Origin: Alphaproteobacteria bacterium
GTDB lineage: Bacteria > Pseudomonadota > Alphaproteobacteria > JAUHZC01
Reading direction: 5' to 3'
DNA length: 64,000 nucleotides
NCBI GenBank assembly: GCA_030425805.1
Contig: JAUHZC010000002.1
Location: 90,036 to 154,035, forward strand
This document shows, one piece after another, positions 32,141-42,664 of the stretch (position 1 is the stretch's first letter; the number at the start of each line of letters is the position of its first letter). The notes beneath the pieces were generated by a model. It did no database searches, was not told the origin of the DNA, and saw nothing but the letters and a program-made list of their open reading frames with translations. The position numbers and the translations under genes were made by a program.

Positions 32141-33454
32141 ATGAGTCAGATTTTTACAGCATTGCGAGACCCTCGGGTTCTCTCAGTTGGGATCCTGGGG
32201 TTTGCCAGTGGTCTCCCTTTTATGCTGACATTATCTACACTCACTTTCTGGTTGTTTGAGGCTGGAATTTCAAAGACCAGTATTGGGCTTTTTGCCTCAG
32301 TCACCCTTCCCTATTCCCTCAAGTTTCTCTGGGCTCCCGTCATTGACCAGGTCAAAATCCCTATTCTTGGAAAAGGCCTTGGTCACCGCCGTAGCTGGCT
32401 CGTCTGCACCCAAATCCTCCTCATCATTGCTCTTGTCAATTTGGGTTATACGAATCCAGCCCAGCACCTTTCTCTCACCGCGTTCTGGGCTTTTTGTGTT
32501 GCGTTTCTCTCAGCAACCCAAGACGTAATTTACGAAGCTTACCGTGTTGAGATTCTCAAGGGGCGCATGCAGGGTTACGCCATTGCAGCTTCTGTTCTGG
32601 GATATCGCGTAGGACTCTGGGTTTCAGGCGCAGGAGCCCTTTACCTTGCTGCCTCTTTTTCTTGGACCACAGCCTACGGCTTCATGGCATTCGGCATGGT
32701 CATTGGCGTCATTGCCACCCTCTTTAGTCCAGATTCAGAATCAACCCGCTCCCCCTCAATAGCTGCGCCCTTTACCCTTGATCGGAGCAAACTCAATTTC
32801 CGGCGCCTCGCCAGAGCTCTCCTCAATCTTGTCCGGCAAGAAGACCTAGTTTTCCTTCTCTTCTTTATCTTCTTCTTCAAAGTTGGGGACACCGTCTTAA
32901 ATGTTATGACGCCTTGTTTCCTGAGTGAACTTGGTTATACCAAGATTGAAATCGCCCACGTTGCCAAGACCTTTGGAATCGGTACTATGATTTTAGGGGG
33001 GATCTTGGGGGGCTATTTACTTGCCCGCTACTCCCTCGCTTGGGTTGTGGTGCGCACTTGTCTTGCCATGTCATTTGCAAGCCTCATGTATGTTTCCCTC
33101 TCTATGGTTGGAAAAAATATTCCCTTCCTTTTTCTCACCATGGGTATCGAGAATTTTGCCTGTGGTCTCTCCCAAGCTACCCTTATTGCCTATTTCACCT
33201 CCCGCTGCCAGGGCTCTTATACGGCCACTCACTACGCCTTTATTTCTTCCTTGGGGTCCTTTTGCCGGGTTTGCCTGTCTGCGATTGCAGGCTGGGGAGC
33301 AGACCAACTCCCCTGGGAAAGCTTTTATGCCATTACAGGTGTCATCTCTCTCCTCACCGCCTTTTTTGTCCTCTCCTCAAAGGAACACTTCCTTTCCTTT
33401 GCGAAAGACCCCCAAGATGATGCCATATCACTGCGACCCCGGGAAATTTCGTAG
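32141..33454 (+). CDS. ampG: AmpG-family MFS muropeptide permease
   Basis: LGFASGLP, KFLWAP, RRSW, SATQD. Confidence 0.93.
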   Translation: MSQIFTALRDPRVLSVGILGFASGLPFMLTLSTLTFWLFEAGISKTSIGLFASVTLPYSLKFLWAPVIDQVKIPILGKGLGHRRSWLVCTQILLIIALVNLGYTNPAQHLSLTAFWAFCVAFLSATQDVIYEAYRVEILKGRMQGYAIAASVLGYRVGLWVSGAGALYLAASFSWTTAYGFMAFGMVIGVIATLFSPDSESTRSPSIAAPFTLDRSKLNFRRLARALLNLVRQEDLVFLLFFIFFFKVGDTVLNVMTPCFLSELGYTKIEIAHVAKTFGIGTMILGGILGGYLLARYSLAWVVVRTCLAMSFASLMYVSLSMVGKNIPFLFLTMGIENFACGLSQATLIAYFTSRCQGSYTATHYAFISSLGSFCRVCLSAIAGWGADQLPWESFYAITGVISLLTAFFVLSSKEHFLSFAKDPQDDAISLRPREIS

Positions 33455-33503
33455 ATTTTTTCTGGACAAGCTCGCGAGAAACGACTAAAAAGAATTACGG
33501 TTT

Positions 33504-33580
33504 CGGGGCGTAGCGCAGCCTGGTAGCGCATCTGCTTTGGGAGCAGAGGGCCGGGGGTTCAAATCCCTCCGCCCCGACCA
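33504..33580 (+). tRNA. tRNA-Pro (TGG)
   Basis: cggggcgtagcgcagcctggtagcgca; anticodon arm tctgc-tttggga-gcaga; ggttcaaatcc; CCA end. Confidence 0.97.
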
Positions 33581-33644
33581 TTTCCTTTTTTAATATTGAA
33601 TCTCTGATTAAATAGGGTTATCCATAAGAAACTTTTGGATAATT

Positions 33645-34130
33645 ATGAAAAATCTTCTTTTTATTTTGTGTGTTTTGCTTTCCTTTGATGTCTGTCATGG
33701 CGCCACAGCAGGAGCTATAGATAGCGGAAGTAGAGACCCATCTCCTACGCAAACCTCATGGTCTTGTTGGAATCCGTTTAGTTGCTGTTGCTCAAGGGCA
33801 GCACCTGGAGGCAGAGAAGAACCTGAAGACGCAGAAGATGCTCTTCGAGAAGATCGTGATAATCAAAAAGCAGCTGCAGCTTGTTGTGCATGTAGCCTTG
33901 GTTGCCTTGTTTGCGCCGGTTGCGCAATGCGGGGATCACCTGATGTTTCTCTAACAGCTCTCATCACTGCTGGTGCTGATGCTGGGGCAGGTTCATTTTT
34001 CCTCATTAGCAATGGAATACGAAGTATGCATTGTATTGGTGCAAAAACTGTTGCGCGAACGCTAGTTGTTAGCGCATTCTTGGCTGGTTTCATAAACATG
34101 TGGCCTTTTGTTACTTATTTCAGAGGCTAA
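33645..34130 (+). CDS. Exported/membrane Cys-rich orphan protein
   Basis: Signal MKNLLFILCVLLSFDVCHG, SCCCS, CCACSLGCLVCAGC, hydrophobic C-terminus. Confidence 0.7.
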   Translation: MKNLLFILCVLLSFDVCHGATAGAIDSGSRDPSPTQTSWSCWNPFSCCCSRAAPGGREEPEDAEDALREDRDNQKAAAACCACSLGCLVCAGCAMRGSPDVSLTALITAGADAGAGSFFLISNGIRSMHCIGAKTVARTLVVSAFLAGFINMWPFVTYFRG

Positions 34131-34160
34131 AAAACACCTTCCTGGGTAGAACAATTCCCG

Positions 34161-34190
34161 TTGACAAAAGGGCGTCAAAACTCTTATAAA
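34161..34190 (+). promoter_or_regulatory. Sigma70-like promoter for tRNA-Met
   Basis: TTGACA, 17-18 bp spacer, then TATAAA just upstream of the tRNA. Confidence 0.65.
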
Positions 34191-34202
34191 CAATCATTCC
34201 CT

Positions 34203-34279
34203 GGCGGGGTAGCTCAGCTGGTTAGAGCATCGGAATCATAATCCGAGTGTCGGGGGTTCGAGTCCCTCCCCCGCTACCA
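34203..34279 (+). tRNA. tRNA-Met (CAT), probably elongator
   Basis: ggcggggtagctcag; anticodon arm tcgga-atcataa-tccga; ggttcgagtcc; CCA; paired first base and no GGG/CCC initiator stem. Confidence 0.93.
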
Positions 34280-34358
34280 GTTTCATGGCACCCCTTATAT
34301 GTGTCATAATTGCAACATTTCTCTTCCCTTTTTCTCAATTTTCGGTATAGTTCCCTTT

Positions 34359-35375
34359 ATGACTCAGCCATGTGAACACGCATCCTCTTCTTGGGGGCTC
34401 AAAATTGGAAACATCCAAGTGCCTGGAAAGACTTTCCTGGCCCCTATGTCTGGTGTTACAGATATGCCATTTCGCCGAACCTGCAAGCGATTTGGCACCC
34501 CTATGGTCATCTCTGAGATGATTGCGAGTCAGGGGATGATTCGCCAAGTCCGCCAGGCTATGATCAAAGCCAAAAAACATCCTGAAGAGGAACCTGTTGC
34601 CACACAACTTGCGGGCTGCTGTCCGGAAGCCATAGCTGAAGCAGCAAAGCTCAACGAAGATCTTGGTGCACGTATTATTGATATCAATATGGGATGCCCT
34701 GCTAAGAAAGTTGTGGGAGGTTGGGCTGGTTCAGCTTTGATGAAAGATGAATCCCTCGCTGGAAAAATCCTTGAGAGAACGGTTAAGGCTGTTTCCGTTC
34801 CTGTGACGTTAAAGATGCGCACGGGTTGGGATTCTGATAATCGGAATGCACCGAGCCTTGCAAAAATTGCTGAAGAAGCCGGCATTCAAATGATCACCGT
34901 CCATGGCCGCACCCGTTGCCAAATGTATACAGGCTCTTCTGACTGGTCTTTCGTACGCCAGGTTAAAGAGGCTGTTTCCGTTCCTGTGATTGTGAATGGA
35001 GATATTCGTAGCTGTGAAGACGCTGCCCAGGCCTTAGAAAACTCTGGCGCTGATGGCGTAATGGTGGGCCGTGGGGCTTATGGTAAGCCTTGGCTTCCTG
35101 GGCAAGTTGACCATTATTTAAGGACAGGAGGCAGGCTCCCCCTTCCTTCCCTTAAGGCTCAAGGAGATGCCCTGCTTGAGCAAATTGAAATGATGTATAA
35201 TCTTTACGGAAAAGATGTTGGCGTTCGCATGTCTCGCAAACATATTGGCTGGTACTGCAAAGGCCTGACAGATGCAGCAACTTTCCGAGCTGCCATCAAT
35301 ATGGAGAATTGTCCGGAAAAAGTTGTTACAATGGTGAATGAATTTTACACGAGTCATGAAGATGTTGCCGCTTAA
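34359..35375 (+). CDS. dusB: tRNA-dihydrouridine synthase B (NifR3)
   Basis: [35 protein letters not shown]. Confidence 0.95.
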   Translation: MTQPCEHASSSWGLKIGNIQVPGKTFLAPMSGVTDMPFRRTCKRFGTPMVISEMIASQGMIRQVRQAMIKAKKHPEEEPVATQLAGCCPEAIAEAAKLNEDLGARIIDINMGCPAKKVVGGWAGSALMKDESLAGKILERTVKAVSVPVTLKMRTGWDSDNRNAPSLAKIAEEAGIQMITVHGRTRCQMYTGSSDWSFVRQVKEAVSVPVIVNGDIRSCEDAAQALENSGADGVMVGRGAYGKPWLPGQVDHYLRTGGRLPLPSLKAQGDALLEQIEMMYNLYGKDVGVRMSRKHIGWYCKGLTDAATFRAAINMENCPEKVVTMVNEFYTSHEDVAA

Positions 35376-37611
35376 GCTCGAAAAAAGGCCTAACTTCAGC
35401 CATCTGTGGCGGAGAATTTCGGCTTGGATCCTGCATCCTGGCACATCGCGCCGTTTGGCATGGTCTCTGGTTTTGCTGAGTGTGGGGATGGGCATTCTCA
35501 CCTATATTGCCTTTTCCCGACAAGACATCCATGGGTTTCATCCCCGATCTGTGACACTGCTCTTAAACATTGATTTGGGAATTCTTCTTTTTATCTTTCT
35601 CGTTATTGCACGGCGGGTGATCCGCCTTTTTGTCCAGCGTCGGGAAGGAGCCGCAGGTGCAGCCCTCCATAGCCGACTTGTCAGTCTTTTTTCCATCCTT
35701 ACCATCACCCCTGCTATTATTATGGGCTTGTTAATGGTCCTTTTTTTCCATGCAGGTGTAGAGTCCTGGTTTGATGATAAAGTTAAAACCGCTCTGAATG
35801 GATCCCGCGCTGTTGCAGATGCTTATTTGAAAGAGCACGAAAAAGTCATCCGGGTTCACACTGATGCGATGGCTCGCTCCATTGAAAAAATCCTTACCAT
35901 TGCAGAAGCAGAAATGCGTGAAGAACGTGGAAGTCTCCATAACCCCAGCGAGCTTGGGATTTCCTCTGAAAAGCTTTCCTTCATCGTGAATGACCAAGCA
36001 CGAGCACGTGGCCTAAACGAAGCTGTTGTTTTTGATGCAAATGGGATCCTTGCTCGCTCTCAACTTGCCTACGCCCTGGATCTTCACCCTGTCACGCCTG
36101 AAGATCTTCAACGGGCACGAACAAGCGTTATCCTCTATGTTTCTCCTGAGGGAGATCGGGTCCGCGCCCTCTCTATTGTTGATGAGATTCGAGGAATTTA
36201 TCTCCTTGTTGGACGCCCTTTGGACCCTAAAATTCTCAAGCAAATCTCAACGACAAAAGAAGCGGTGGATGTCTACGCAGAGTTAGAAAAAAATCTTGGT
36301 GATCTTTCTATCCAGCTTTTTTTGATCTTTGGACTGATTACCTTGATGCTCTTGATGGGAGCGATTTTGGTTGGAATTATCTCAGCAAATAAATTAGCTC
36401 AACCGATTGGAGACCTTATTCACGCCGCTGAGAAAGTCAGTCAAGGAAACCTAAAAACTCGGGTGAGGGTCAGTGAAGACTCAGATGTTGGCAAGCTCAG
36501 CCAAACCTTCAACACAATGACGGCAAAGCTCGATCAGCAGCAAAAAAATCTTCTCCGTGCAAATGATGTTCTTGATGAGCGCCGCCAATTTATTGAGGCT
36601 GTTCTCTCAGGAGTCTCAACAGGTATTGCCAGCTTGAGCGAAAAAGGACGGATCCGCATGATGAATGCTGCGGGAATGAAAATTTTTGGACTCTCAGAGG
36701 CGCCAACAGGATTTATTCATACCCTTTTTTCCAAGTATCATTGCCATCTTTTTGAAGAAGGATTCCCCCCAACACCCTTCCAAACTCAAATCAAAGTTTT
36801 TGTTAAGGGGCAAGAACGTCAGCTCATCCTCCAACTTTCTGCCGAATCAGAGACTAAGAATTTTGGTTATGTGATGACATTTGAAGACATTACAAGTCTT
36901 CTCCAGGTGCAGCGTCAGGCTGCCTGGTCTGATGTTGCCCGGCGTGTTGCCCATGAAATTAAAAATCCCCTGACCCCTATTCAGCTTGCGACAGAAAGAT
37001 TGCGCAAGCGGATTGGCAAGGACCTGCCCGAGGACGAGCAAAAAGTCCTCGAAAAGTGCCTACAGACCATTGGACGCCAAGTGACCCACATGGGAAATAT
37101 TGTGAGAGAATTTTCTCACTTTGCACGCTTGCCACAACCAACACTCAAAGACATAGACCTTGTTAAACTCATTCAAAATCATATGGATGAGACAATTTTG
37201 CCGTCTTTCAAAGACATTACTTTCACTTTCTCTGGTGCTCAAACACTCCCCCTCTCTGTTGATCCAGAGCAAGTTGTGCAAATTCTAGATAACCTCATCC
37301 AAAACAGCCGTGATGCCATGGAGGAATCAGAAACAGCAGAAAAAGCGATTCGCATTTCCTTAGAACAAAAGAATAACTATGCTGTTCTCACCCTCCAAGA
37401 CAATGGTCCTGGATTTCCTCCTGACCATATCCACCAGCTCACTGAGCCCTATATCACCCATAAGGAAAAAGGCACTGGCCTTGGTCTTGCGATTGTGCGT
37501 AAAATTGTAGAAGACCATAAGGGAAGAATTTTGCTTTCCAATACGGACCAGGGAGCCCAAACACGCATCGAATTTCCCTTGCCTCTTAAAAAAGGATCAG
37601 AAGCAGCATGA
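35356..37611 (+). CDS. ntrY: Sensor histidine kinase NtrY
   Basis: N-terminal TMs, [33 protein letters not shown]. Confidence 0.93.
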   Translation: MKMLPLKLEKRPNFSHLWRRISAWILHPGTSRRLAWSLVLLSVGMGILTYIAFSRQDIHGFHPRSVTLLLNIDLGILLFIFLVIARRVIRLFVQRREGAAGAALHSRLVSLFSILTITPAIIMGLLMVLFFHAGVESWFDDKVKTALNGSRAVADAYLKEHEKVIRVHTDAMARSIEKILTIAEAEMREERGSLHNPSELGISSEKLSFIVNDQARARGLNEAVVFDANGILARSQLAYALDLHPVTPEDLQRARTSVILYVSPEGDRVRALSIVDEIRGIYLLVGRPLDPKILKQISTTKEAVDVYAELEKNLGDLSIQLFLIFGLITLMLLMGAILVGIISANKLAQPIGDLIHAAEKVSQGNLKTRVRVSEDSDVGKLSQTFNTMTAKLDQQQKNLLRANDVLDERRQFIEAVLSGVSTGIASLSEKGRIRMMNAAGMKIFGLSEAPTGFIHTLFSKYHCHLFEEGFPPTPFQTQIKVFVKGQERQLILQLSAESETKNFGYVMTFEDITSLLQVQRQAAWSDVARRVAHEIKNPLTPIQLATERLRKRIGKDLPEDEQKVLEKCLQTIGRQVTHMGNIVREFSHFARLPQPTLKDIDLVKLIQNHMDETILPSFKDITFTFSGAQTLPLSVDPEQVVQILDNLIQNSRDAMEESETAEKAIRISLEQKNNYAVLTLQDNGPGFPPDHIHQLTEPYITHKEKGTGLGLAIVRKIVEDHKGRILLSNTDQGAQTRIEFPLPLKKGSEAA

Positions 37612-39053
37612 CCCAGATAAAATCAGATCGTGAAATTCTAATTGTAGATGATGAAAAAGACATTCTGGAATTATTGCAAGATGTCTTTGAAGATGAAGGT
37701 TTTCTTGTGCGCACAGCTCTCTCTGGTGCTGAAGCCATCGAAGAAATTTCGAAATCCCAGCCTTCTCTCTTGCTACAAGACATCTGGCTGAAAGACCCCC
37801 AATTTGACGGCCTGAAAGTTCTTGAGACTGTTAAACAGTCCCACCCCCATCTTCCCGTCATTATGATGAGTGGCCATGGAACTGTAGAAACAGCTGTCCG
37901 TGCAACACGCATGGGGGCTTATGACTTTGTGGAGAAGCCCTTCAAGGCAGATAAGTTGATGGTCATTGTCAATCGCGCTTTGGAAACCTCTTCCCTTTCC
38001 CGACAGCTAGCTGAATCAACGGCACCTTCCCCTTATCAGCACATCTCTGAATTGGTTGGCCATAGCCCTGCTATTGAAAAACTGCGCCAGGCTGTTGAGC
38101 GAATTTCAGAAACCAACAGTCGTGTTCTCATTACAGGAGAAGCGGGAAGCGGGAAAGAAGCCCTAGCCCGCCTTGTTCACCGCAATTCTCCTCGGGCACA
38201 AGGACCCTTTATCTCTCTAAATTGCAATTTAGTTTCCCCTGAAACTTTTGAGGCAACTTTGTTTGGTAAAGAAAATGAAGAGGGGCAAGTCCTCCAAGTG
38301 GGTCAACTTGAGATGGCAAGCCGTGGAACCCTTCTGCTTAATGAAGTCCTTGAAATGCCTTTGTCTGTGCAATCAAAATTGGCCCGCGCCCTCCACCTGA
38401 TGAGTTTCCAGCGTGTCAATGGCCAGCGCTCCGTTCAAGTCAATGTTAGGGTTATTGCAACGACGATGCGGGATCCTCAAGAAGCCCTTTCAGAGAAAAC
38501 ATTCAGCGAAGACTTATATTACAGGCTCAACGTTGTCCCCCTTCATATGCCTTGCCTTACAGATAGAGCTGAAGATATTCTTCCTCTATTTGCTGATATG
38601 ATGAGTCATTTGTCTTTCTACCATCAGCGTATCCCATGTCGCCTTTCAGAAGAGGCCCAGAAGATCTTGATGAAAGCTAAGTGGCCTGGCAACCTTCGCC
38701 AGCTTCGAAATTTCGTCGAGTGGGTCGTCATTATGTACGGCAATGATAAAACCGAAACAATCCTGGGACCTGAGCAGTTGAGCAGTCCTATGCTCCAAAG
38801 CCCTCGGCCTTTTGAACTCCCCTCCTCTGCACATGCTGAAGACTCTCCTGTTTCAGAAGAAGGAGCTGGTGTCTCAAGCAATGTGTTTGAACTTCCCCTC
38901 AAAAATGCTCGGGAGGTTTTCGAGCGTGAGTACCTTGTGGCTCAAGTAGAGCGATTTGGGGGAAACATTTCCAAAACAGCTGAGTTCGTTGGAATGGAGC
39001 GATCAGCCCTCCACAGAAAGCTCAAATCTCTTGATGTGAAGCGGGCAGGTTAA
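37608..39053 (+). CDS. ntrX: Response regulator NtrX
   Basis: Receiver with DIWL, AAA+ domain without GAFTGA, GMERSALHRKLKSL HTH. Confidence 0.93.
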   Translation: MTQIKSDREILIVDDEKDILELLQDVFEDEGFLVRTALSGAEAIEEISKSQPSLLLQDIWLKDPQFDGLKVLETVKQSHPHLPVIMMSGHGTVETAVRATRMGAYDFVEKPFKADKLMVIVNRALETSSLSRQLAESTAPSPYQHISELVGHSPAIEKLRQAVERISETNSRVLITGEAGSGKEALARLVHRNSPRAQGPFISLNCNLVSPETFEATLFGKENEEGQVLQVGQLEMASRGTLLLNEVLEMPLSVQSKLARALHLMSFQRVNGQRSVQVNVRVIATTMRDPQEALSEKTFSEDLYYRLNVVPLHMPCLTDRAEDILPLFADMMSHLSFYHQRIPCRLSEEAQKILMKAKWPGNLRQLRNFVEWVVIMYGNDKTETILGPEQLSSPMLQSPRPFELPSSAHAEDSPVSEEGAGVSSNVFELPLKNAREVFEREYLVAQVERFGGNISKTAEFVGMERSALHRKLKSLDVKRAG

Positions 39054-39055
39054 TC

Positions 39056-40429
39056 ATGCTACGGATTATTATTTGTGGAGCAGGACATGTCGGCGTCAGT
39101 CTTGCGCGCTACTTGACGTACTATGATACGCACCTCACAGTGGTTGATGAGGATCCTGATCTTATCAAACATATCAGCAATACACTTGATGTCCGTGGCA
39201 TTTCTGGCTTTCCCTCTCACCCTGAGGTTTTAGATCGCGCAGGAGCCCGCCAAGCTGACATGGTAATCTCAGTAACCCAAATGGACGAGATTAACATGAT
39301 TGCTTGTGAAGTTGCCCATGCCCTTTTCAATGTTCCCACAAAAATTGCCCAAATTCGGGGGCGCACCTATTTGAATCCCAAGTATGATTCTATGTTCCGG
39401 GAAGATAATCTGAGCATCGATCATGCCCTATGCCCAGAAGTGGATACGGCAAGCTCTATCAGCAATAGCCTGACGATTCCTGGCGTCAATCGTATTCTGC
39501 CCCTCTCTACGTCAGGCGTAAAGGTTGTCAGTATATCTCTAACCGCCCAGACAGAAGCCTGTCATACAGATGTGGAGCACCTCCCTAGCCTCTGTCCAGA
39601 AGCACAGTTCTCAGTTCCTCTCCTGATTCGTGGCCAGTCCCCCATGATCCCTCGACATGAGACTGTCCTTTTGCCAGGAGATGAAATCATCCTGATTTGT
39701 GCCGATGAGGATTTAGAAAAAGTGATCCCGCTGTTTTCAAAGCATACCTCTCCCCCTGAAAACGTCCTGATCGCAGGTGGTGGACATATTGGCAGCTGCA
39801 TCGCCCATAACATCCAAAATGATAAATCTCTTGGGGTAAAGCGGCTCACCATTATCGAAAATGATTCTCACCAAGCTCTAGACCTAGCGGAATATATCCC
39901 GAACACAACCGTGATTTGTGGCAGCGCTCTGGACCGGGAAATCTTGGAAGAAGCAGGAATTGAGTCTACAGATCTTGCTGTGACTGTCACCAACGATGAC
40001 AAAACAAATGTCCTCTCCGCGCTCCTCAGTAAAAACCAAGGCGCAAAACGGAGTGTTTCTTTGGTGAATGATCGCTCCTACAGCCCTCTTGTAACCTCTC
40101 TTGGGATTGATGGGATTATCAACCCCCGAGCCATTACAGCTTCCCAGGTTCTCCATAAGGTTCATGGAGATTGGATGGAAAAAACCTATACCTTCAAAGA
40201 GGGTTTTGGGGAGTTGATGGAAATCAAGCTCCAGGCTGGTTCTCCTCTTATTGGAAAAACACCTGATGATCTCTACAAAAAAGACCTTCTCTTTTGTGGA
40301 GGCATTGTGCGAGATGATGCTTTGATTCTTCGCAACACAGAAGTTTTTCTTGAAGAAGATACGCTTCTTATTGCAACACACATTAGTGAAATTTCTGAAC
40401 TCAAATCACTTGTTGTGCCAACACCATGA
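39056..40429 (+). CDS. trkA: Trk potassium uptake protein TrkA
   Basis: Two RCK domains (ICGAGHVG, AGGGHIG), DEINMIAC. Confidence 0.92.
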   Translation: MLRIIICGAGHVGVSLARYLTYYDTHLTVVDEDPDLIKHISNTLDVRGISGFPSHPEVLDRAGARQADMVISVTQMDEINMIACEVAHALFNVPTKIAQIRGRTYLNPKYDSMFREDNLSIDHALCPEVDTASSISNSLTIPGVNRILPLSTSGVKVVSISLTAQTEACHTDVEHLPSLCPEAQFSVPLLIRGQSPMIPRHETVLLPGDEIILICADEDLEKVIPLFSKHTSPPENVLIAGGGHIGSCIAHNIQNDKSLGVKRLTIIENDSHQALDLAEYIPNTTVICGSALDREILEEAGIESTDLAVTVTNDDKTNVLSALLSKNQGAKRSVSLVNDRSYSPLVTSLGIDGIINPRAITASQVLHKVHGDWMEKTYTFKEGFGELMEIKLQAGSPLIGKTPDDLYKKDLLFCGGIVRDDALILRNTEVFLEEDTLLIATHISEISELKSLVVPTP

Positions 40430-40932
40430 ATCGTATTCTATTTCATCTCCCCACAAAAAAAGGCCATATCGGGGTATACAGCTTTTCTTTTCACCATGGG
40501 AAAGAAGGCTACATTTCTGAGGACAAACATGTCGAAGGAGACATGAAAACCCCTCTTGGGATTTTTCATCCCCTCCAAGTTTTTTACCGCCCGGATCGCC
40601 TCACGCCTCCTCAAACAAAAATGCCTTTGTGGGCGCTTTCTCCTCAGGATGGATGGTGTGATGATCCGCACAGCCCTGAATACAATCGGGCAGTTCACCT
40701 TCCCAGTCCCTATGGCCACGAGAAAATGTGGCTGGATACCTCTCTCTATGATCTTGGAATTGTGATCGACCACAACACTTCCCCTCCAATCCCGGGGAAA
40801 GGAAGCGCCATTTTCATCCACATTGCTTCTCCTAAAGGCTATACCGCGGGCTGTCTTGGACTCCAGGAAAAGGATCTCCGCCAGCTCTGCAAAGCCCTAA
40901 CGCCTGAAACTGAGTTGGTGTTTGGGGAGTGA
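40426..40932 (+). CDS. L,D-transpeptidase-like (YkuD) protein
   Basis: EGDMKTPLG, WCDDP.SPEYN, GSAIFIH, TAGC. Confidence 0.88.
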   Translation: MNRILFHLPTKKGHIGVYSFSFHHGKEGYISEDKHVEGDMKTPLGIFHPLQVFYRPDRLTPPQTKMPLWALSPQDGWCDDPHSPEYNRAVHLPSPYGHEKMWLDTSLYDLGIVIDHNTSPPIPGKGSAIFIHIASPKGYTAGCLGLQEKDLRQLCKALTPETELVFGE

Positions 40933-40943
40933 ATTCTCTAACA

Positions 40944-41378
40944 CTATAATAGCTTCCCCATGTCCGTATCTTCAGGGCTGCCTTCATACCCATCGGGGTC
41001 ATTAAAGGGCATAGCAACGTAGTTAAGTCGCTCATAAAACCCTAAAGCTGAAGGAGAGCTCTCTGTATGGATGCTTTTGTAGTCCTGCTGAGCCAGCCAT
41101 TCTTCAATAAGCTCTACAAATTCTTTCCCATAGTTTTTGCCGCGATAAGCCTCATCAATAACAATAATGCGTATCGCAGCTCTTGCCTCGGGCCAGAGTT
41201 GAATGTGAGCATAGCCAACAATTTCAGCCTCTTTGTGTAGGATGAAGTGTTTGTGACCCTCATGCTCAAAAGTCCAGGTATAAGGATCGTCAATCTTATG
41301 AGGTTTAAAAAAGTATCTGTTCCGAAACTCTCTAACGGCATCCCACTCTTTATCAGTATGTGCAGTAACGATTTTCAC
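40944..41378 (-). CDS. GNAT family N-acetyltransferase
   Basis: IVIDEAYRGKNYG acetyl-CoA motif, ALGFYERLNY. Confidence 0.88.
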   Translation of the reverse strand: MKIVTAHTDKEWDAVREFRNRYFFKPHKIDDPYTWTFEHEGHKHFILHKEAEIVGYAHIQLWPEARAAIRIIVIDEAYRGKNYGKEFVELIEEWLAQQDYKSIHTESSPSALGFYERLNYVAMPFNDPDGYEGSPEDTDMGKLL

Positions 41379-41431
41379 CTTTAACCCCTCTTCTTTCTGA
41401 AAGTACGAGGAGGATATTTCAATGAAGATCT

Positions 41432-41485
41432 TTTGCCAAGGCTTAAGAAGATACTCTCACACCCTCTTGCCAAAGCCATAAATTT
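41432..41485 (+). repeat. 54-bp direct repeat, left copy
   Basis: tttgccaaggcttaagaagat-actctc-acaccctcttgccaaagccataaattt; 50/54 identical to 42665-42718. Confidence 0.92.
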
Positions 41486-41503
41486 TTACATCTCATCAAA
41501 ATT

Positions 41504-41583
41504 ATAATTTAAAGCTTATTAAATATTGTATTTTCATAGGTTTTAGCTTATTATAATATATATTAACATAAGTTATAGGTTTC
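41504..41583 (+). promoter_or_regulatory. Promoter (TTGTAT-N17-TATTAT) with three ATAAG-N6-CTTAT-like operator sites
   Basis: ataatttaaagcttat (41504), ataggttttagcttat (41536), ataagttataggtttc (41568). Confidence 0.6.
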
Positions 41584-41586
41584 GTT

Positions 41587-42039
41587 ATGAGCATGACAGC
41601 GCGTAGGAAAATTATGGAGAAAGTGAGGGCATTCGTAGGTAGCCCTCAGGAAATTCCTCATAAAGGATGGATCCGTGCGCTGAGGGAATCCCTCGGCATG
41701 ACAACAACACAGCTTGCAAAAAGAATTGGCATTTCTCAACCCGCCCTTGTACAGCATGAGAAAAGAGAAGCCTCAGGTTCAATAACAATACAGACGCTTA
41801 GGAAAGTTGCTGCAGCCTTGAATTGCAAACTTGTCTATCACTTTGTCCCAAATGAAGACCTTGAGGCTTATCTTGAACGCAACGCTAAGGAAAAGGCCAT
41901 ACAAATTTTAAAAAAGATTGAGCACTCAATGGCTCTAGAAAATCAATCGATTTCTAAAGAAGAATCTCAACACCAGCTGGAGGAGCTCATTCGAGAATTA
42001 AAAGAGAGTCCCAAAAAAATATGGGAAAAGGATGACTGA
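41587..42039 (+). CDS. Mobile mystery protein A (Xre HTH)
   Basis: PHKGWIRALRESLGMTTTQLAKRIG, EHSMALENQ. Confidence 0.93.
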   Translation: MSMTARRKIMEKVRAFVGSPQEIPHKGWIRALRESLGMTTTQLAKRIGISQPALVQHEKREASGSITIQTLRKVAAALNCKLVYHFVPNEDLEAYLERNAKEKAIQILKKIEHSMALENQSISKEESQHQLEELIRELKESPKKIWEKDD

Positions 42040-42619
42040 ATTTTTTCAAGTCGATTCGGATGCAACGCCTCTTCAGCCTGAGGAAATTGAAGATCTGAAG
42101 CTCTCCTACATTTCAACAAGAGATGAGCTTAATGCTGCAGAACAAGCAAACATCCTAAAGGGGTTGAAATGGGCGCATACCTCTAAGGTACCTCTCCTTT
42201 CTGAAAAATTTCTTAAGCAGCTGCATAAGAAAATGTTCTCTGATGTTTGGAAATGGGCAGGTTCCTACCGAAAAACAGCCCGCAACATTGGTGTGGAGGC
42301 ATATCTGATACCAACTTCAATATCTCAGTGTCTAGATGATACCCAATTCTGGATTAGCAACGAGACCTTTTCAAAGAAAGAGATCATTGCAAGATTTCAT
42401 CATCAACTTGTCTATATTCATCCCTATCCAAATGGAAATGGGCGTTTTGCACGATTAGCTGCAGACCTTCTATCAAAAAAGCTTGTAGTCAATAAGCCCA
42501 CCTGGGGAGGCAGTAATCTTGCCAAAGCAACAGATATAAGGAAGCAATATATCCATACCCTACGGGTGGCTGATCAGCATGATATGAACCCTTTAATAAC
42601 CTTCATGTGGCAATTTTGA
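42032..42619 (+). CDS. Mobile mystery protein B (Fic domain)
   Basis: ATPL..EE, LNAAEQANI, VWKWAG.YR, Fic motif HPYPNGNGRFAR. Confidence 0.93.
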   Translation: MTEFFQVDSDATPLQPEEIEDLKLSYISTRDELNAAEQANILKGLKWAHTSKVPLLSEKFLKQLHKKMFSDVWKWAGSYRKTARNIGVEAYLIPTSISQCLDDTQFWISNETFSKKEIIARFHHQLVYIHPYPNGNGRFARLAADLLSKKLVVNKPTWGGSNLAKATDIRKQYIHTLRVADQHDMNPLITFMWQF

Positions 42620-42664
42620 GATTTTTTAAAAGTGTCCATAAAGGGGTGGAGTCCTCCCTCCCAC

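Noticed and set aside
33504-34279. tRNA-anchored genomic island
   Set aside because: No integrase and no duplicated tRNA 3' end found
38240-38310. AAA+ domain lacking GAFTGA as a possible defect
   Set aside because: Normal for the NtrX family
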